From positions 2,272,001 through 2,336,000 of the forward strand of contig OY729428.2 of NCBI GenBank assembly GCA_963422375.2: a stretch of 64,000 nucleotides of DNA. Direction: 5' to 3'. Shown here one piece after another: positions 10,427-21,359 of the stretch (its first letter is position 1; each line of letters opens with the position of its first letter). Position numbers and translations under genes: made by a program. Under the pieces are notes generated by a model. It was not told the DNA's origin, ran no database searches, and saw nothing but the letters and a program-made list of their open reading frames with translations. This stretch comes from Bryobacterales bacterium (GTDB lineage: Bacteria; Acidobacteriota; Terriglobia; Bryobacterales; UBA6623).

Positions 10427-11227
10427 TTACTGCACCCAGGGACCGTTTCCCTTGTCGCGGTCTCGCATGTAGATCTCGAACTTGCGCCGGGCCCGCCGCA
10501 ACTTCCGCTTCCTCAGCCGAGCCTCGATGTCCGACAGGCCGAAGCTCGGCAGGCTGATGTCCGGGAGGTGCGAGCTCCGGCGTACGAAGTAGAAGCCCAA
10601 CGCCATCCCGGCGAGATGGATGGTGAACGCCGTGCCGGACGGGTTCCCCCCGCGAGCCAGATCCTGGACGGCTCCGAGCATGTTGATGGCGGCGTACCCG
10701 ACGGCCACGACCCACGCGGGCACCGGCAGGATGAACGAGATCAGAATCGGCGTGTTCGGATAGGTCACGGCGAACGCCGTCACCACCGCCAGCACGGCCC
10801 CCGACGCGCCGATGGTCGGTACGCCCGCACTTCCCGTCAGCAGCCGCAGGAGCACGTCGGCCAGCGCCGCGCCGGCCCCGCAGACGAAATAGAACCGCAG
10901 GAAGCGAGTCTCGCCCCAGTCGCGGGCCAGCGTCCCGCCGAACATCCAGAGCGCGAATAGGTTCAGGCCGACATGCCACAGCCCCTGAGGGTCGTGCAGG
11001 AACATGTAGGTGAACGGCTGCCAGAGCGCCCCTCGCAGAAACATGTCCGGCGTGAGGCTGAGCCAGCGGAATGCCCACACCAGCGGCCCGAAGCCGACCG
11101 CGAGCCCGAGCGCGAATACCACCCACGCGAGGAAGTTCGCCCACAACAGCCTCTTGAGGAAATAGGGGGCGGGCGGCATCATCCCGAAGCCGGACGGCAT
11201 GCCGGGCCGTTGATACGAGTACGGCAT
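10427..11227 (-). CDS. Rhomboid family intramembrane serine protease
   Basis: WQPFTYMFLH, HVGLN, catalytic GASG and HLAG; multiple TM segments. Confidence 0.9.
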   Translation of the reverse strand: MPYSYQRPGMPSGFGMMPPAPYFLKRLLWANFLAWVVFALGLAVGFGPLVWAFRWLSLTPDMFLRGALWQPFTYMFLHDPQGLWHVGLNLFALWMFGGTLARDWGETRFLRFYFVCGAGAALADVLLRLLTGSAGVPTIGASGAVLAVVTAFAVTYPNTPILISFILPVPAWVVAVGYAAINMLGAVQDLARGGNPSGTAFTIHLAGMALGFYFVRRSSHLPDISLPSFGLSDIEARLRKRKLRRARRKFEIYMRDRDKGNGPWVQ

Positions 11228-11293
11228 CGACTCTCCTGAGTCTAGCCGACACGCCCGGATGCCCTGTGCGACCGGAGCGCCGAGAGTGCCCGG

Positions 11294-12343
11294 TCAGCGG
11301 TCTCCGCTTGCGACTCCCCACGCAATGCGGGCGGTCGATTCCACCTCTCGGCCCAGTTCGAGAGCGGTGGACGAACTGGCGTTGCCGTCCAGCCCGCGCT
11401 TGTAAACGCCCTGGCCGATAGCCGCCGAGCGGAACATCGAGAACGCCAAGTAGAAGTTCCAGTGTCGCATGGCATCGCGACCGCTCAGCTCGCAGTAGCG
11501 CTGAAGCTGGCATTCAAGCGACGGGATTCCGGAAACCGCCGGGTCGTTCAGCGCGAGGGTGGGGTTGCGCCGGCCCGGGAGGTAGTAGGTCATCAGGTAA
11601 TAGGCGAGGTCGGCCAGCGGGTGCCCCAGCGTGGACAGCTCCCAGTCCAGCAGCGCGACGACGCGGGGCTCGGTCGGATGGAGGATCATATTGCCCAAGC
11701 GGAAGTCGCCGTGGACCACGCGGGTCTCGTCGGAGGGCGGAATGTTGGCAGGCAGCCATTCCATCAGGCAGTCCATCGCCGGGACCGATGCCGTCTCGGA
11801 CGCCCTGTACTGCCGCGACCAGCGACTGATCTGCCGGGCGTAGTAGTTGCCCTGCTTGCCGAATCCCTCAAGGCCCGCTTCCGCGGGCGGGACGGCGTGG
11901 AGCGCGACCAGGACCTCGCCGGCGTGCCGGTAAACCGCAGCCCGATCTCCCGGAGCTACCTCCGGGAGAGAGGGGTCGTGAAATACCCGGCCCGGCACGT
12001 GCTCCATCACGATGAACGGCGTGCCGATCACGCCGGAATCCTCGCACAGCAGCAGCACGCCACAGACCGGGACGCCGCTCCCAGCCAGTGCCCGCATCAC
12101 GCGATACTCGCGCTCGACAGCGTGCGCCGACGGCAGGAGCCGCCCGGGCGGCTTCTTGCGCAGGACGTACTTCCGATCCGGGCACTGCAAGAGATACGTC
12201 GGGTTCGACTGCCCGCCCTCGAACTGGAGGACCGAGCAGGGGCCTCGGAAACCGTCGACCCGGCGCTCGAGATAGTTCGCGAGCCGCCCTTCGTCAAACC
12301 GGTGCGCTTCCCTGACAGGTATCGTGATCGGGGTCGCGCTCAT
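11294..12343 (-). CDS. Phosphotransferase (APH-like, ACAD10/11 N-terminal-like) protein
   Basis: GGQSNPTY, LRKKPPG...SAHAVEREY, HGDFRLGN and LDWELSTLGHPLADL. Confidence 0.9.
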   Translation of the reverse strand: MSATPITIPVREAHRFDEGRLANYLERRVDGFRGPCSVLQFEGGQSNPTYLLQCPDRKYVLRKKPPGRLLPSAHAVEREYRVMRALAGSGVPVCGVLLLCEDSGVIGTPFIVMEHVPGRVFHDPSLPEVAPGDRAAVYRHAGEVLVALHAVPPAEAGLEGFGKQGNYYARQISRWSRQYRASETASVPAMDCLMEWLPANIPPSDETRVVHGDFRLGNMILHPTEPRVVALLDWELSTLGHPLADLAYYLMTYYLPGRRNPTLALNDPAVSGIPSLECQLQRYCELSGRDAMRHWNFYLAFSMFRSAAIGQGVYKRGLDGNASSSTALELGREVESTARIAWGVASGDR

Positions 12344-12429
12344 CGCCGGAATGCGCTGCGATTGTAGCGAACAGGTCCGTTCAGGCCGGCGCGCCGAGGC
12401 ACGTTGCAGCCACCGCTAGCACCCCGGGC

Positions 12430-14682
12430 TCATAGCAGGGGCGACTCGCCGATCAGCTTGCGGTAGACGGACCGGGCATGGTCGTACGCTTTGCGCGCGT
12501 CCTCGCGCTCCGCCTCGCGAATCCGCGGAGCCTTCTGCGTCCAGCACTGGCTGACCGCGGCGAGGCACCACTCGGCGCTCCGTCGCGACGCCCGGATCGG
12601 CTCGCCGCCCACGGTCACGAATACCGGATTCGTGTGAGAGGACATCGGAATCCGCAACGCGACCCACGCGCTTCGGGCGATCTCTGCACTGAACTCGAGC
12701 TCGTGAATCCGTCCGTCGGCGCGAATCGTTGTGGAATCCCGCACGCGGCCGTTTACGACGAGTTCCACCGGCACGTCGCGGGTTCCGGGGATGCGGGCGC
12801 GTTCGACGTCCCAGTAGGGCTTCTCGTCGGGGCGCAGACCGTCGAACCTGGGATCGGGGTGGCGCGGAAGCATGGCCGCGGCCCGCACAGTCACTTCGAC
12901 CGTGCCGCCCTCGGCCAGTTTGAGCTCGGGGGCACCGGAGCCCAGCGCGATCTCGCCCACCTCGAAGTCCATCAGGTGGCTCTTTCCGTCGCTGACATAG
13001 GCCGCCCCGCGGCGGATGCCCTCCACCCAGCCGGCGTAGGTCAGTTCGTCCAGCTTCACGTAGCTGCGCCCCAGACCGACCCGCTCCTGGTAGATGCAGG
13101 GGAAATCGGTCTCGCCCGAGACTCGCGTCCGGAAGCCCACGTTCAGCGCGTGGTACCAGATGTTCATCTCCCAGAAGTACGGCGTGTCCACGGCCGACAG
13201 GAAGTCAATCACGCCCGGGTGCGTGACGTCGACGATGTACTCGTTTGCCCCGATCCCGTCGAAACCCGGCATCTCGTAGGACGGCAGCGACTCCGCACTC
13301 ACCTGAAGGCCCCAGCCGGAGTGGGAGAATCCGGTCACCGCCCCTTGCGACTTGGCCCACTGCAGGACGGGCAGGTCCCAGGAGGGCCACTCCTCGATTC
13401 TCGTCGTGCCCGGGTAATCGTCCTCCTTCAGCCCCAGCAGGACCAAGTGACCGGCGTGGCTGGAAGGAAAGCCCGAAACCTCCACGTCGTAGTGCATGAC
13501 GCGCCGCGCTCGTGAAAGCGGATGGTCGAAGCTCGAGAAGAACTGCTTCTGGAAGTACCACGAGGGGCCCCAAGTCAGGACGGAGCCAATGTTGAGGTTC
13601 TCGCCCAGAATCTGGCGTAGCATCGCCAGCGGGCCCACCCCTTCCGTCGGATTCTTGTAGTGGGCGCAGCCGGAGGCATGCACGTGGTGGTCACCGGACC
13701 ACCATCCGTAGGCGGACGGGTCGATCCAGCGCTGGAGCTGGACCGCGATGTCGAGCGGGCCCTCGGCTGAAACGGGAAACTCCAAGGTCCGCGTGTGAAA
13801 CTCGGGGCCTCCGCCGTACTCGACCGTGTAGTAGCCCGCTGGAAGGCGGATCTCCTCGCCGTCGAAGCGGTACACGTGCTGCTGGAACGGGAAGTCCGGC
13901 TCCAGCCGCTTCGACGGATTCGGGTACACCCTTCCCTGCCGGTCCCTGAACAGGAGCGAGGCAACCCCCGGCTCGCCGTGCTCGTCGCGCACGCGCAAGG
14001 AGATGGCGCGAGTCGGGGCGATGCGGAAGGCCACTAGGATGTCGTTGCGAAAGCCGATGTCCTGCGTCCCCTGACCGACATCCATCGCGATCTTCGCCGA
14101 GCGCTGGCCTCGGTCCCGGCTGTAGGCCTGGAGAATCTCGTACTCGACCGGCAGGCCGCTGAGCCGCGGCGCCATGGGCGGGTCGGAGTAAATCGAGAGG
14201 TCGGCCCACCGCTCCCGCACGTCCGCTCTGCCCAGTTCCAGCGCCGGCTCGTGCTCGCCGCGCGAACGCAGCGACGTCGGGCCGCTGTTCGGGCTCAGCA
14301 CCCGAAGCGGCGCGGTGACTCCGGCTTGGTTGAGGACCTTGACCAAGAAGAGCCGCGTGCCCCGCTCCACCAAGGAGGGACTGGCCGCGCCCTGCCGGAG
14401 CTTGACGCGACTCTCGGGATTGATTTCGACCTCCACGAGCACGAGTTCGTCCAGCACCTGCTGGATCCGGCGCACCGCGCTCCGCTCGTCGTCGATCGCC
14501 ATCGCCTCGTTGATGGCGGCTGACGCTTCCCGCGACAGAGGCTGCCCCAGATACAGCAACGCCTGCTCCAAGCGCCGCGTCTGTTGCGCTAGAGGCTGCA
14601 AGTCGATCTCGGCCTGGCCCCGCAGCCCGACAGGCGCGGCAAGAGAAAGGGCGAAGCAGGTCAAGATCGCGGGTTTCGTCAC
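12430..14682 (-). CDS. CehA/McbA family secreted PHP-like metallohydrolase
   Basis: Signal peptide; WWSGDHHVHASGCAHY, GFPSSHAGHL, SGETDFPC and SHTNPVF. Confidence 0.75.
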   Translation of the reverse strand: MTKPAILTCFALSLAAPVGLRGQAEIDLQPLAQQTRRLEQALLYLGQPLSREASAAINEAMAIDDERSAVRRIQQVLDELVLVEVEINPESRVKLRQGAASPSLVERGTRLFLVKVLNQAGVTAPLRVLSPNSGPTSLRSRGEHEPALELGRADVRERWADLSIYSDPPMAPRLSGLPVEYEILQAYSRDRGQRSAKIAMDVGQGTQDIGFRNDILVAFRIAPTRAISLRVRDEHGEPGVASLLFRDRQGRVYPNPSKRLEPDFPFQQHVYRFDGEEIRLPAGYYTVEYGGGPEFHTRTLEFPVSAEGPLDIAVQLQRWIDPSAYGWWSGDHHVHASGCAHYKNPTEGVGPLAMLRQILGENLNIGSVLTWGPSWYFQKQFFSSFDHPLSRARRVMHYDVEVSGFPSSHAGHLVLLGLKEDDYPGTTRIEEWPSWDLPVLQWAKSQGAVTGFSHSGWGLQVSAESLPSYEMPGFDGIGANEYIVDVTHPGVIDFLSAVDTPYFWEMNIWYHALNVGFRTRVSGETDFPCIYQERVGLGRSYVKLDELTYAGWVEGIRRGAAYVSDGKSHLMDFEVGEIALGSGAPELKLAEGGTVEVTVRAAAMLPRHPDPRFDGLRPDEKPYWDVERARIPGTRDVPVELVVNGRVRDSTTIRADGRIHELEFSAEIARSAWVALRIPMSSHTNPVFVTVGGEPIRASRRSAEWCLAAVSQCWTQKAPRIREAEREDARKAYDHARSVYRKLIGESPLL

Positions 14683-15332
14683 AGGGTGCCCTCCGTGGCC
14701 AACACTCTACATCGGCCGCCGAGCGAAATCACTTCGCTCCCCGGCTGACGCCCGAGCGCCGCGCTGCGGTCGGGCATCCCTCTGCCGTCCCGCCGAAACG
14801 CCGCCGGCCACCGAGCGCCCCGCGTCACGAGACTTGGCTGCCAAGGGGCGGCGAGCCGGTCCGGCGGTGACTTCGGCCTCGGAACGGAAGCCCCGGAGAC
14901 CGACCTCGAAACCAGGTCGCCGCGTCCGCGCCGACGAGGCAGGACCTGCCGGAAGTCGTCGAATCGAGCACCGGCGGGCGCGGGTCCCCGCGCCGGGGTT
15001 TCGCCCGGCAATGCCGACTGGAGGGAGGGGGACGCAGAGGTCGGGTCGCTGCGCGGGCGGTGCGGTCAGAGAAGTCCGCGCGGGGCACTGGGACATCCTC
15101 TCCCGCGGTCCGCGGCCAGAGTCTCCGGTATGGCCGGAGGCCAAGGGAGACGCGACCGCTGCACGCTCGGTCAGACATTAATCCATTGCTTGAATATGCC
15201 AAGTCTAAACCACTCATAATTTGAGTTTTCCTGTCTTTACGATTTTCTTCCGAACCGACATGCAAGGCGGAATCCCGCTGCGCTTGGTCCGATCCCCTTC
15301 AAGGGCGCGACCGGCGGCGCATTGCCCTTCCA

Positions 15333-15361
15333 TTGACATTCGCAGCGGGTTGCGCGATACT
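15333..15361 (+). promoter_or_regulatory. Sigma70-type promoter for the ABC exporter operon
   Basis: TTGACA-N17-GATACT, preceded by an AT-rich tract at about 15175-15260. Confidence 0.55.
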
Positions 15362-15381
15362 CTAGATCAATGGCGTTGTAC

Positions 15382-15494
15382 GGGTGTCGGAGAGCCCCCG
15401 CGATTAGGCTGCGCTCGGGCTGCGGTCGCCCGTTGGAGTGCCGCTTCGCAAGACGGGGGCCAATTGACCGCCCGTAGCGGAGCTCCGATCCCCT
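15382..15494 (+). ncRNA. Candidate structured 5' leader RNA (unassigned family)
   Basis: Nested complementary pairs TCGGAG/CTCCGA, GCCCCCG/CGGGGGC, GCGCTC/GAGTGC, CGGGC/GCCCG and CCGC/GCGG just downstream of the promoter. Confidence 0.35.
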
Positions 15495-15584
15495 CGCAGC
15501 GTTTCCGGGGCCAAGGCTCCTCGCTAACGCCCGATACCGCACTGGCCCAACGGCGGGCAGGAACCGTTCCCACGGGAGGCAGCG

Positions 15585-16733
15585 TTGCGTAACCATCTCT
15601 TCTTGATCTGGAAGAACCTGCGCCGAAACACGCGCCGGACGGTGCTCACCGTGTTCAGCTCGGCAATCTCGGTGTTCCTCGTCGGAGCGCTGATCTCGGT
15701 CTACGCGATGCTGTACGACCGCGATGTCGCTGAGGAATCGGCTTCCCGCTTGGTGACCCGTCACAAGGTGTCGCTCACACAAGCGCTCCCCTACTTCTAC
15801 GGCGAGCGGATCGCCGCCATCGACGGGGTCGAGAGAATGGCCCCGATGAACTGGTTCGGCGGGAAATACATCGATTACCGTCCGGAAAACATGTTTCCCC
15901 GCTTCGCTGTCGACCAGGAAGAGGTCTTCAACATCTACAGCGAATTCACGGTGCCGCCCGAACAGCTCGAGGCGTTCAAGCGCGACCGCCAAGGCTTCGC
16001 GATAGGCAGGTCGGTGGCGGAGAAGACCGGCCTCAAGATCGGGCAGCGCGTCACTCTGCAGGGCGACATCTACCCGATTAACCCGGAACTGACGGTGCGA
16101 GCCATTTTCGAGGGCAAGGACGACTTCCAGTCCTTCTTTCATTTCAAGTACCTCGAGGAGGGACTGGGGCCTGAATTCGGATCCCAAGTTGGCGTCTTCG
16201 CGATACGCCTCCGGTCGGCGGACGACGCGACGCGCGTGTCCCAAGCTGTCGACGAGATGTTCCGTAACGCTCCGGAGCCGACCAAGACCGAGACCGAGGC
16301 CGCCTTCCAGCTGGCGTTCATCAGCCAACTGGGAAACGTGAAGCTGTTCCTCCTGTCGATCGCCGGAGCGATCGTGTTCACCATGCTGATGGTCTCGGCC
16401 AACACCGTCGCGATGTCCGTGCGCGAGCGCACGCGTGAGATCGGCGTGCTCAAGACACTCGGCTTCCCGTCCCGGTCGGTCCTCGGCCTCGTGCTCGGCG
16501 AAGCGGTGGCCATCGCCTTCCTCGGCGGCGCGCTCGGCGTTGCCGTGACCGCGGGGATCACGCACCTCATGGCGGATGTAATGGTGCAGTTCTTCAGCGG
16601 ATTCACGCTTCCAGGCTGGGGCGTGCTCGCCTGCTTCGGCATGGCCCTTGTCGTGGGCCTCGGCAGTTCCGCCGTTCCGGCCGTCCTCGCCGCGCGCACC
16701 AACACCGTCGACGCGCTGCGCCACGCGGGCTGA
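15585..16733 (+). CDS. ABC exporter permease (MacB/FtsX family)
   Basis: KNLRRNTRRTVLT and ANTVAMSVRERTREIGVLKTLGF. Confidence 0.9.
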   Translation: MRNHLFLIWKNLRRNTRRTVLTVFSSAISVFLVGALISVYAMLYDRDVAEESASRLVTRHKVSLTQALPYFYGERIAAIDGVERMAPMNWFGGKYIDYRPENMFPRFAVDQEEVFNIYSEFTVPPEQLEAFKRDRQGFAIGRSVAEKTGLKIGQRVTLQGDIYPINPELTVRAIFEGKDDFQSFFHFKYLEEGLGPEFGSQVGVFAIRLRSADDATRVSQAVDEMFRNAPEPTKTETEAAFQLAFISQLGNVKLFLLSIAGAIVFTMLMVSANTVAMSVRERTREIGVLKTLGFPSRSVLGLVLGEAVAIAFLGGALGVAVTAGITHLMADVMVQFFSGFTLPGWGVLACFGMALVVGLGSSAVPAVLAARTNTVDALRHAG

Positions 16734-16750
16734 AGGCCGCCGCTACAGTC

Positions 16751-17917
16751 ATGCCCGTTCCAATCTCCTACAACGTCCGCAACCTGCGGGTCCGGAAGAC
16801 AACCACCCTGATGACCGCGATGGGGGTCGCGCTCACCGTGGCCGTGTTGCTCGGAATCTTCACGCTGATCGAGGGCCTCCGCAGCTCCCTTGAATCCGGG
16901 GGCGACCCGCTCCACCTCATCGTGATGCGGCAGGGCTCGACGGCCGAGCTGGTCAGCATCGTCAGCAAGGAGGCCTACGACGTGCTCAAGTTCGACGAGG
17001 GAATCGCGCAGATCGACGGGGAGCCCGCGATCTCGCACGAGGTGATCTCGGTGGTGAACCTGGGCCGCCGGGGCGACCCGTCCAGCGTCGCGAACGTCAG
17101 CGTGCGAGGCTTGTCGAAGGTCGGCATCGGCATGCGCAGGGAGGCCGAGCTCGTGGACGGCCGCTGGCTCGATCCGGGCAGGCGCGAGATGGTCGTCGGA
17201 AAGGGCGTACACAGCGCGAGGGAAGGCACCTCCATCGGCGACAAGATCTACTACGGCCGCGACGACTGGACAGTGGTCGGGGTGTTCGCGGCCGGGCGCT
17301 CTCCCTTCAACAGCGAGATCTGGGTCGACGCCGAACTGGCAAGTTCCGACCTCGGGCGCGGGTCCACCCGCAGCAGCATTCTCGTGCACGCGAGGGACGA
17401 AGCTGCCGCGGAGGCCCTGATCAAACGCGTCGGGGACGACCAGCGCCTAGGCCTCGAGGCGGAGCGCGAGAGCGAGTACTACGCCAAGCAGATGACGTCG
17501 GCCGAGCCCGTGCGCTACCTAGGCACGTTCGTCGCGATTATCATGGCCCTAGGGAGCTGCTTCGCGGCGATGAACACGATGTTCGCGGCGGTCGCCAGCC
17601 GCGCCCGCGAAATCGGCGTCCTCAGGCTGCTGGGCTTCTCGCGCTTCAGCATTCTGAGCAGCTTCATGCTCGAGTCGCTCCTGCTCTCGCTGCTCGGCGG
17701 CATTCTGGGATGCATTCTCGTGCTGCCCCTGAACGGACTGGAGGGGCGCATCGGAAACTTCGTGACATTCGCCGAGACCACCTTCGAATTCGCGGTTACC
17801 CCGGCCCATTTCGCGGTCGGGCTGGCGTTCGCCGCCTTCATGGGCGTGTTCGGCGGCTTCGTTCCGGCGCGGATGGCGGCGCGCAAGGAAGTGCTGCAGG
17901 CTCTCGGCGATCGGTGA
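16751..17917 (+). CDS. ABC exporter permease (MacB/FtsX family)
   Basis: YNVRNLRVRKTTT and MNTMFAAVASRAREIGVLRLLGF. Confidence 0.9.
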   Translation: MPVPISYNVRNLRVRKTTTLMTAMGVALTVAVLLGIFTLIEGLRSSLESGGDPLHLIVMRQGSTAELVSIVSKEAYDVLKFDEGIAQIDGEPAISHEVISVVNLGRRGDPSSVANVSVRGLSKVGIGMRREAELVDGRWLDPGRREMVVGKGVHSAREGTSIGDKIYYGRDDWTVVGVFAAGRSPFNSEIWVDAELASSDLGRGSTRSSILVHARDEAAAEALIKRVGDDQRLGLEAERESEYYAKQMTSAEPVRYLGTFVAIIMALGSCFAAMNTMFAAVASRAREIGVLRLLGFSRFSILSSFMLESLLLSLLGGILGCILVLPLNGLEGRIGNFVTFAETTFEFAVTPAHFAVGLAFAAFMGVFGGFVPARMAARKEVLQALGDR

Positions 17918-17926
17918 GGATGAACG

Positions 17927-19288
17927 ATGCCGGATTCGCCTTCCCTCAAGCGGGGGCTAGACAACCTGAAGATCGATCGGTCCAGCCGCTTCGACTCGCG
18001 CAAGCCCAAAGTCTCGGCTCTCTGGATCGTTTGCGGCTCGGTCCTTCTCGCCGCGCTCGCCGGATGGCGCATCGCCTCCGGCCTGCTCGGAGCGACCGAG
18101 GTGCAGGTGCATCGCGTGGTTGTCCCGCGCGCAGGCGACGCCGGCCCGGCGGTCGTCCTGCAGGCGGCGGGCTACGTTGTGCCGCACTACCGCATCGAGG
18201 TCGCTTCCAAGGTCGTCGGCCGCGTCAAGTGGATGGGAGTCGAAAAGGGGGACTTCGTCAAGGGGGGCCAGCCGATCGTCCGCCTCGAGGACGAGGAGTA
18301 CCAAGCGCGCCTGTCGGAGGCGCAGGGCGCCTCCGAGGCATGGAACGCGCGCCTTGCGGAGCTCGAAGCAGGTTCGAGACCCGAGGAGATCGCCCGCGCG
18401 GAGGCCAACCTCGCCGAGGCGAAGGCGCAGCTCACCCAAGCCCAGATCGACTACGAACGGGCCAGCGAGCTCAAGGCTGACGGCGTGATCTCCGTGGCCG
18501 ACTACGACCAGGCGCGCTACGCGCTCGACGCGCTCGCGAACCGCGTCGACTCGCTCGGCAAGACCTTGGACCTGCTTCGGATCGGCCCGCGCAAGGAGGA
18601 GATCGACTCGGCGCGAGCCGAGCTCAGGCAGGCAGACGGCAGGGTCGCGTTCAACCGGACCCAGGTCGCGGCGACCGTTATCCGCGCTCCGGTCACGGGG
18701 ACCGTCCTGGAACGCAACGTAGAGGTCGGCGAACTCGTGACGACCGGCTTCGTCGGCGACCGCGGCGCGAAGGGGTACGTGATTGCGATGGCCGACCTGA
18801 ACGATATCCAAGTCGAGCTCGATATCAGCCAGAACGACTTCGCACGCGTGTTCATGAACCAGAGGGCGGTGATCTCCACGGACGCCTACCGGGACCGCGA
18901 CTACGCGGGCCAAGTGGTCGAGATTTCGCCGGAAGCGGACCGGCAGAAAGCCACCGTTCAGGTGAAGGTGCAGATCCTCGAGCCGGACGAGCTGATCCGG
19001 CCCGAAATGAACGCGAACGTCTCGTTCCTAGCCGCGTCGGATGGACAGGATGCCGGGACGTCCGAAGGCGCGTCGCCTCGCGTGCGAGTGCCGCCAAGCG
19101 CAGTCGTAGACGGGAACAGCGTCTTCCTGGTGGTCCAAGACAGGGCACTTCGGAGGCCGATTCGGGTCCTGCGGACGACGTCCGACGGCGTGGAGATCGA
19201 GCAGGGTCTCGCGGGAGGCGAGGACGTCATCCTCTTCCCTCCGGACGGACTCGAAGACGGGGACCAAGTCAAGAGGAGCGAGTCATGA
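17927..19288 (+). CDS. Efflux periplasmic adaptor (MacA/HlyD family membrane fusion protein)
   Basis: N-terminal [12 protein letters not shown], long coiled coil, IRAPVTGTV and [12 protein letters not shown]. Confidence 0.9.
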   Translation: MPDSPSLKRGLDNLKIDRSSRFDSRKPKVSALWIVCGSVLLAALAGWRIASGLLGATEVQVHRVVVPRAGDAGPAVVLQAAGYVVPHYRIEVASKVVGRVKWMGVEKGDFVKGGQPIVRLEDEEYQARLSEAQGASEAWNARLAELEAGSRPEEIARAEANLAEAKAQLTQAQIDYERASELKADGVISVADYDQARYALDALANRVDSLGKTLDLLRIGPRKEEIDSARAELRQADGRVAFNRTQVAATVIRAPVTGTVLERNVEVGELVTTGFVGDRGAKGYVIAMADLNDIQVELDISQNDFARVFMNQRAVISTDAYRDRDYAGQVVEISPEADRQKATVQVKVQILEPDELIRPEMNANVSFLAASDGQDAGTSEGASPRVRVPPSAVVDGNSVFLVVQDRALRRPIRVLRTTSDGVEIEQGLAGGEDVILFPPDGLEDGDQVKRSES

Positions 19289-19977
19289 ACGCCAACGGGG
19301 CAGCAGTTTCCCTGAGCGAGGTCGACAAGGTATACAAGCGGGCCGACTTCTCGGTGGTGGCGCTCGAAAGCCTGACGCTCGAGATTCCGCGGGGCGAGTT
19401 CTTCTGCCTCATGGGTCCCTCCGGCTCCGGCAAGTCCACGCTGCTGCACCTGATCGCCGGCATCGACCGGCCCACCGGAGGCAGCATTCGCGTGCTGGAC
19501 GCCGAGATCGGGGCGATGAGCGAGCGAGCGCTGGCGACTTGGCGCAGCGAGAACATCGGGTACGTGTTCCAGACGTTCAACCTGATCCCGGTCCTGACCG
19601 CGCTGGAGAACGTCGAACTGCCGCTTCTGCTCACCCGGCTCGGCAGGAAGGACCGCCTAGAGCGGGCCCGCACGGCGCTGGAGATCGTGGGCTTGGGTGA
19701 CCGCATGGACCATCTCCCAAAGCAGCTCTCGGGCGGCCAGGAGCAGCGAGTCGCGATCGCTCGCGCCCTCGTGACCGATCCTTCAATCGTCCTGGCCGAC
19801 GAGCCGACCGGCGAGCTCGACGCAGCCTCGGCGGACGAAGTGCTGTCGATCCTGAAGATTCTCAACCAAGACCACGGCAAGACCGTCATCATGGTCACGC
19901 ACGACCCGCGCGCGCAGCGCTACGCCCGCACGAGCCGGTACCTCGACAAGGGCCGGATGACCGAAATGCCCTCCTGA
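19285..19977 (+). CDS. ABC transporter ATP-binding protein (LolD/MacB-like)
   Basis: Walker A GPSGSGKS, signature LSGGQ, Walker B LADEPTG and H-loop VTHD. Confidence 0.95.
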   Translation: MNANGAAVSLSEVDKVYKRADFSVVALESLTLEIPRGEFFCLMGPSGSGKSTLLHLIAGIDRPTGGSIRVLDAEIGAMSERALATWRSENIGYVFQTFNLIPVLTALENVELPLLLTRLGRKDRLERARTALEIVGLGDRMDHLPKQLSGGQEQRVAIARALVTDPSIVLADEPTGELDAASADEVLSILKILNQDHGKTVIMVTHDPRAQRYARTSRYLDKGRMTEMPS

Positions 19978-20087
19978 CGGGCGGATTCGCGCATAGCGGA
20001 ATCCCCTGCCCGGCCGGCCCGGTGCCGCGCCGGATCGGCAGGACGGGTGCGTCTTCCATGCGCCCTCCTGTCGTAAGCTTTCACTTC

Positions 20088-21359
20088 GTGCCGGCCCGCT
20101 ATCGCACGCTCGGGTTCCTGGTCGTCCTGATGATGATCACGTACATCGACAGGGTCTGCTTCAGCACCACCGCGAGCCCCATGGCCGAGGAGCTGGATCT
20201 GTCCCTCGAGCAGGTGGGGCTAGCCGGCTCGCTGTTCGTTCTCGGCTACGTTCTCTTCGAGATTCCCGGCGGCTGGCTGGCGGACCGGTTCGGTGCCCGG
20301 CGGATGCTGGCCCGCATCGTGATCTGGTGGTCGGCCTTCACCGGGATCTCTTGGAGCCTGGCCTCGCTAGCCACGATTCGCTTCCTGTTCGGATGCGGCG
20401 AGGCGGGAGCGTTTCCCGGCGCGACCTCGGCCATCGCGCGATGGTTCCCTCGCAACGAACTGGCCCGCGCGCAGTCCCTCGTGATGTTCGGAAGCCGGAT
20501 CGGATTCGCCATGACCTCGTGGATCGTGATCGCGCTGATGGCGAGCTACGGATGGCGGGGCGTCTACTGGATCTTCGCGGTGCTGGGGCTGATCTGGGCT
20601 CTGGCGTGGACATCGTGGTTCCGCGACGCCCCGGAAGAGCACGGAGCGGTAGGGCCCCGCGAGGCCTCCCTGATCCTCGAGCACCGCGCGGCCTCGAGCG
20701 GGCGCACGAAGGTGCCCGTCGGCGCCCTGCTCGCGAGTCGCAACGTGTGGGCTCTGTGCGGCATGTACTCCGGGTACACCTGGGGCCTCTACTTCTACAT
20801 CCAGTGGCTGCCGACCTACCTCGAGCAGGAACGGAACCTGGACCTTCCGGAGGTGGGCCCGACGGCGGCGGCGGTGCTGCTGTCGGGAGCCGTTGCGAAT
20901 CTAGCCGGCGGGTGGCTGAGCGACTACCTGGCCCCAAGACATGGCATCCGCGTCGCACGCCGGCTTCCCGCGATCACGGGCCTTCTGGCGGCGGGGGCGT
21001 TCCTCGCGCTGGCCGCCACCCTCGAGAGCAATCTCTCGGCGCTGGCGTGCCTAGGCCTGAGCTTCGGCTGCGCCGAGCTGATCCTGGCAGTAACCTGGGC
21101 TACCTGCCTCGACATCGGGGGATCGGCCGCCGGCGTAGTGTCCGGGACGATGAACTCGCTCGGACAGGTCGGCGGCGCGCTCGCGCCCTGGCTGATCGGA
21201 CTGATGGTGGACCGCACGGGAAGCTGGGAGATCCCCCTTCTTGTGTCCGCTGGCTACTACGTCATCAGCGCCCTGCTCTGGATGGGAATCGACCCCGCGA
21301 AGTGCCTGCGACTTGGAGCGGCGTCGGCTCCAGGCGCCTCCGCACCAGCGACAAGCTGA
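20088..21359 (+). CDS. MFS transporter, anion:cation symporter family (sugar acid-like)
   Basis: ITYIDR, EIPGGWLADRFGAR and RFLFGCGEAGAFPG; start uncertain (GTG 20088 or ATG 20058). Confidence 0.88.
   Translation: MPARYRTLGFLVVLMMITYIDRVCFSTTASPMAEELDLSLEQVGLAGSLFVLGYVLFEIPGGWLADRFGARRMLARIVIWWSAFTGISWSLASLATIRFLFGCGEAGAFPGATSAIARWFPRNELARAQSLVMFGSRIGFAMTSWIVIALMASYGWRGVYWIFAVLGLIWALAWTSWFRDAPEEHGAVGPREASLILEHRAASSGRTKVPVGALLASRNVWALCGMYSGYTWGLYFYIQWLPTYLEQERNLDLPEVGPTAAAVLLSGAVANLAGGWLSDYLAPRHGIRVARRLPAITGLLAAGAFLALAATLESNLSALACLGLSFGCAELILAVTWATCLDIGGSAAGVVSGTMNSLGQVGGALAPWLIGLMVDRTGSWEIPLLVSAGYYVISALLWMGIDPAKCLRLGAASAPGASAPATS

Noticed and set aside
14700..15170. GC-rich intergenic stretch upstream of the CehA/McbA gene as a possible RNA gene
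   Set aside because: No recognisable RNase P, SRP, tmRNA or riboswitch consensus; pairing potential is explained by GC content.
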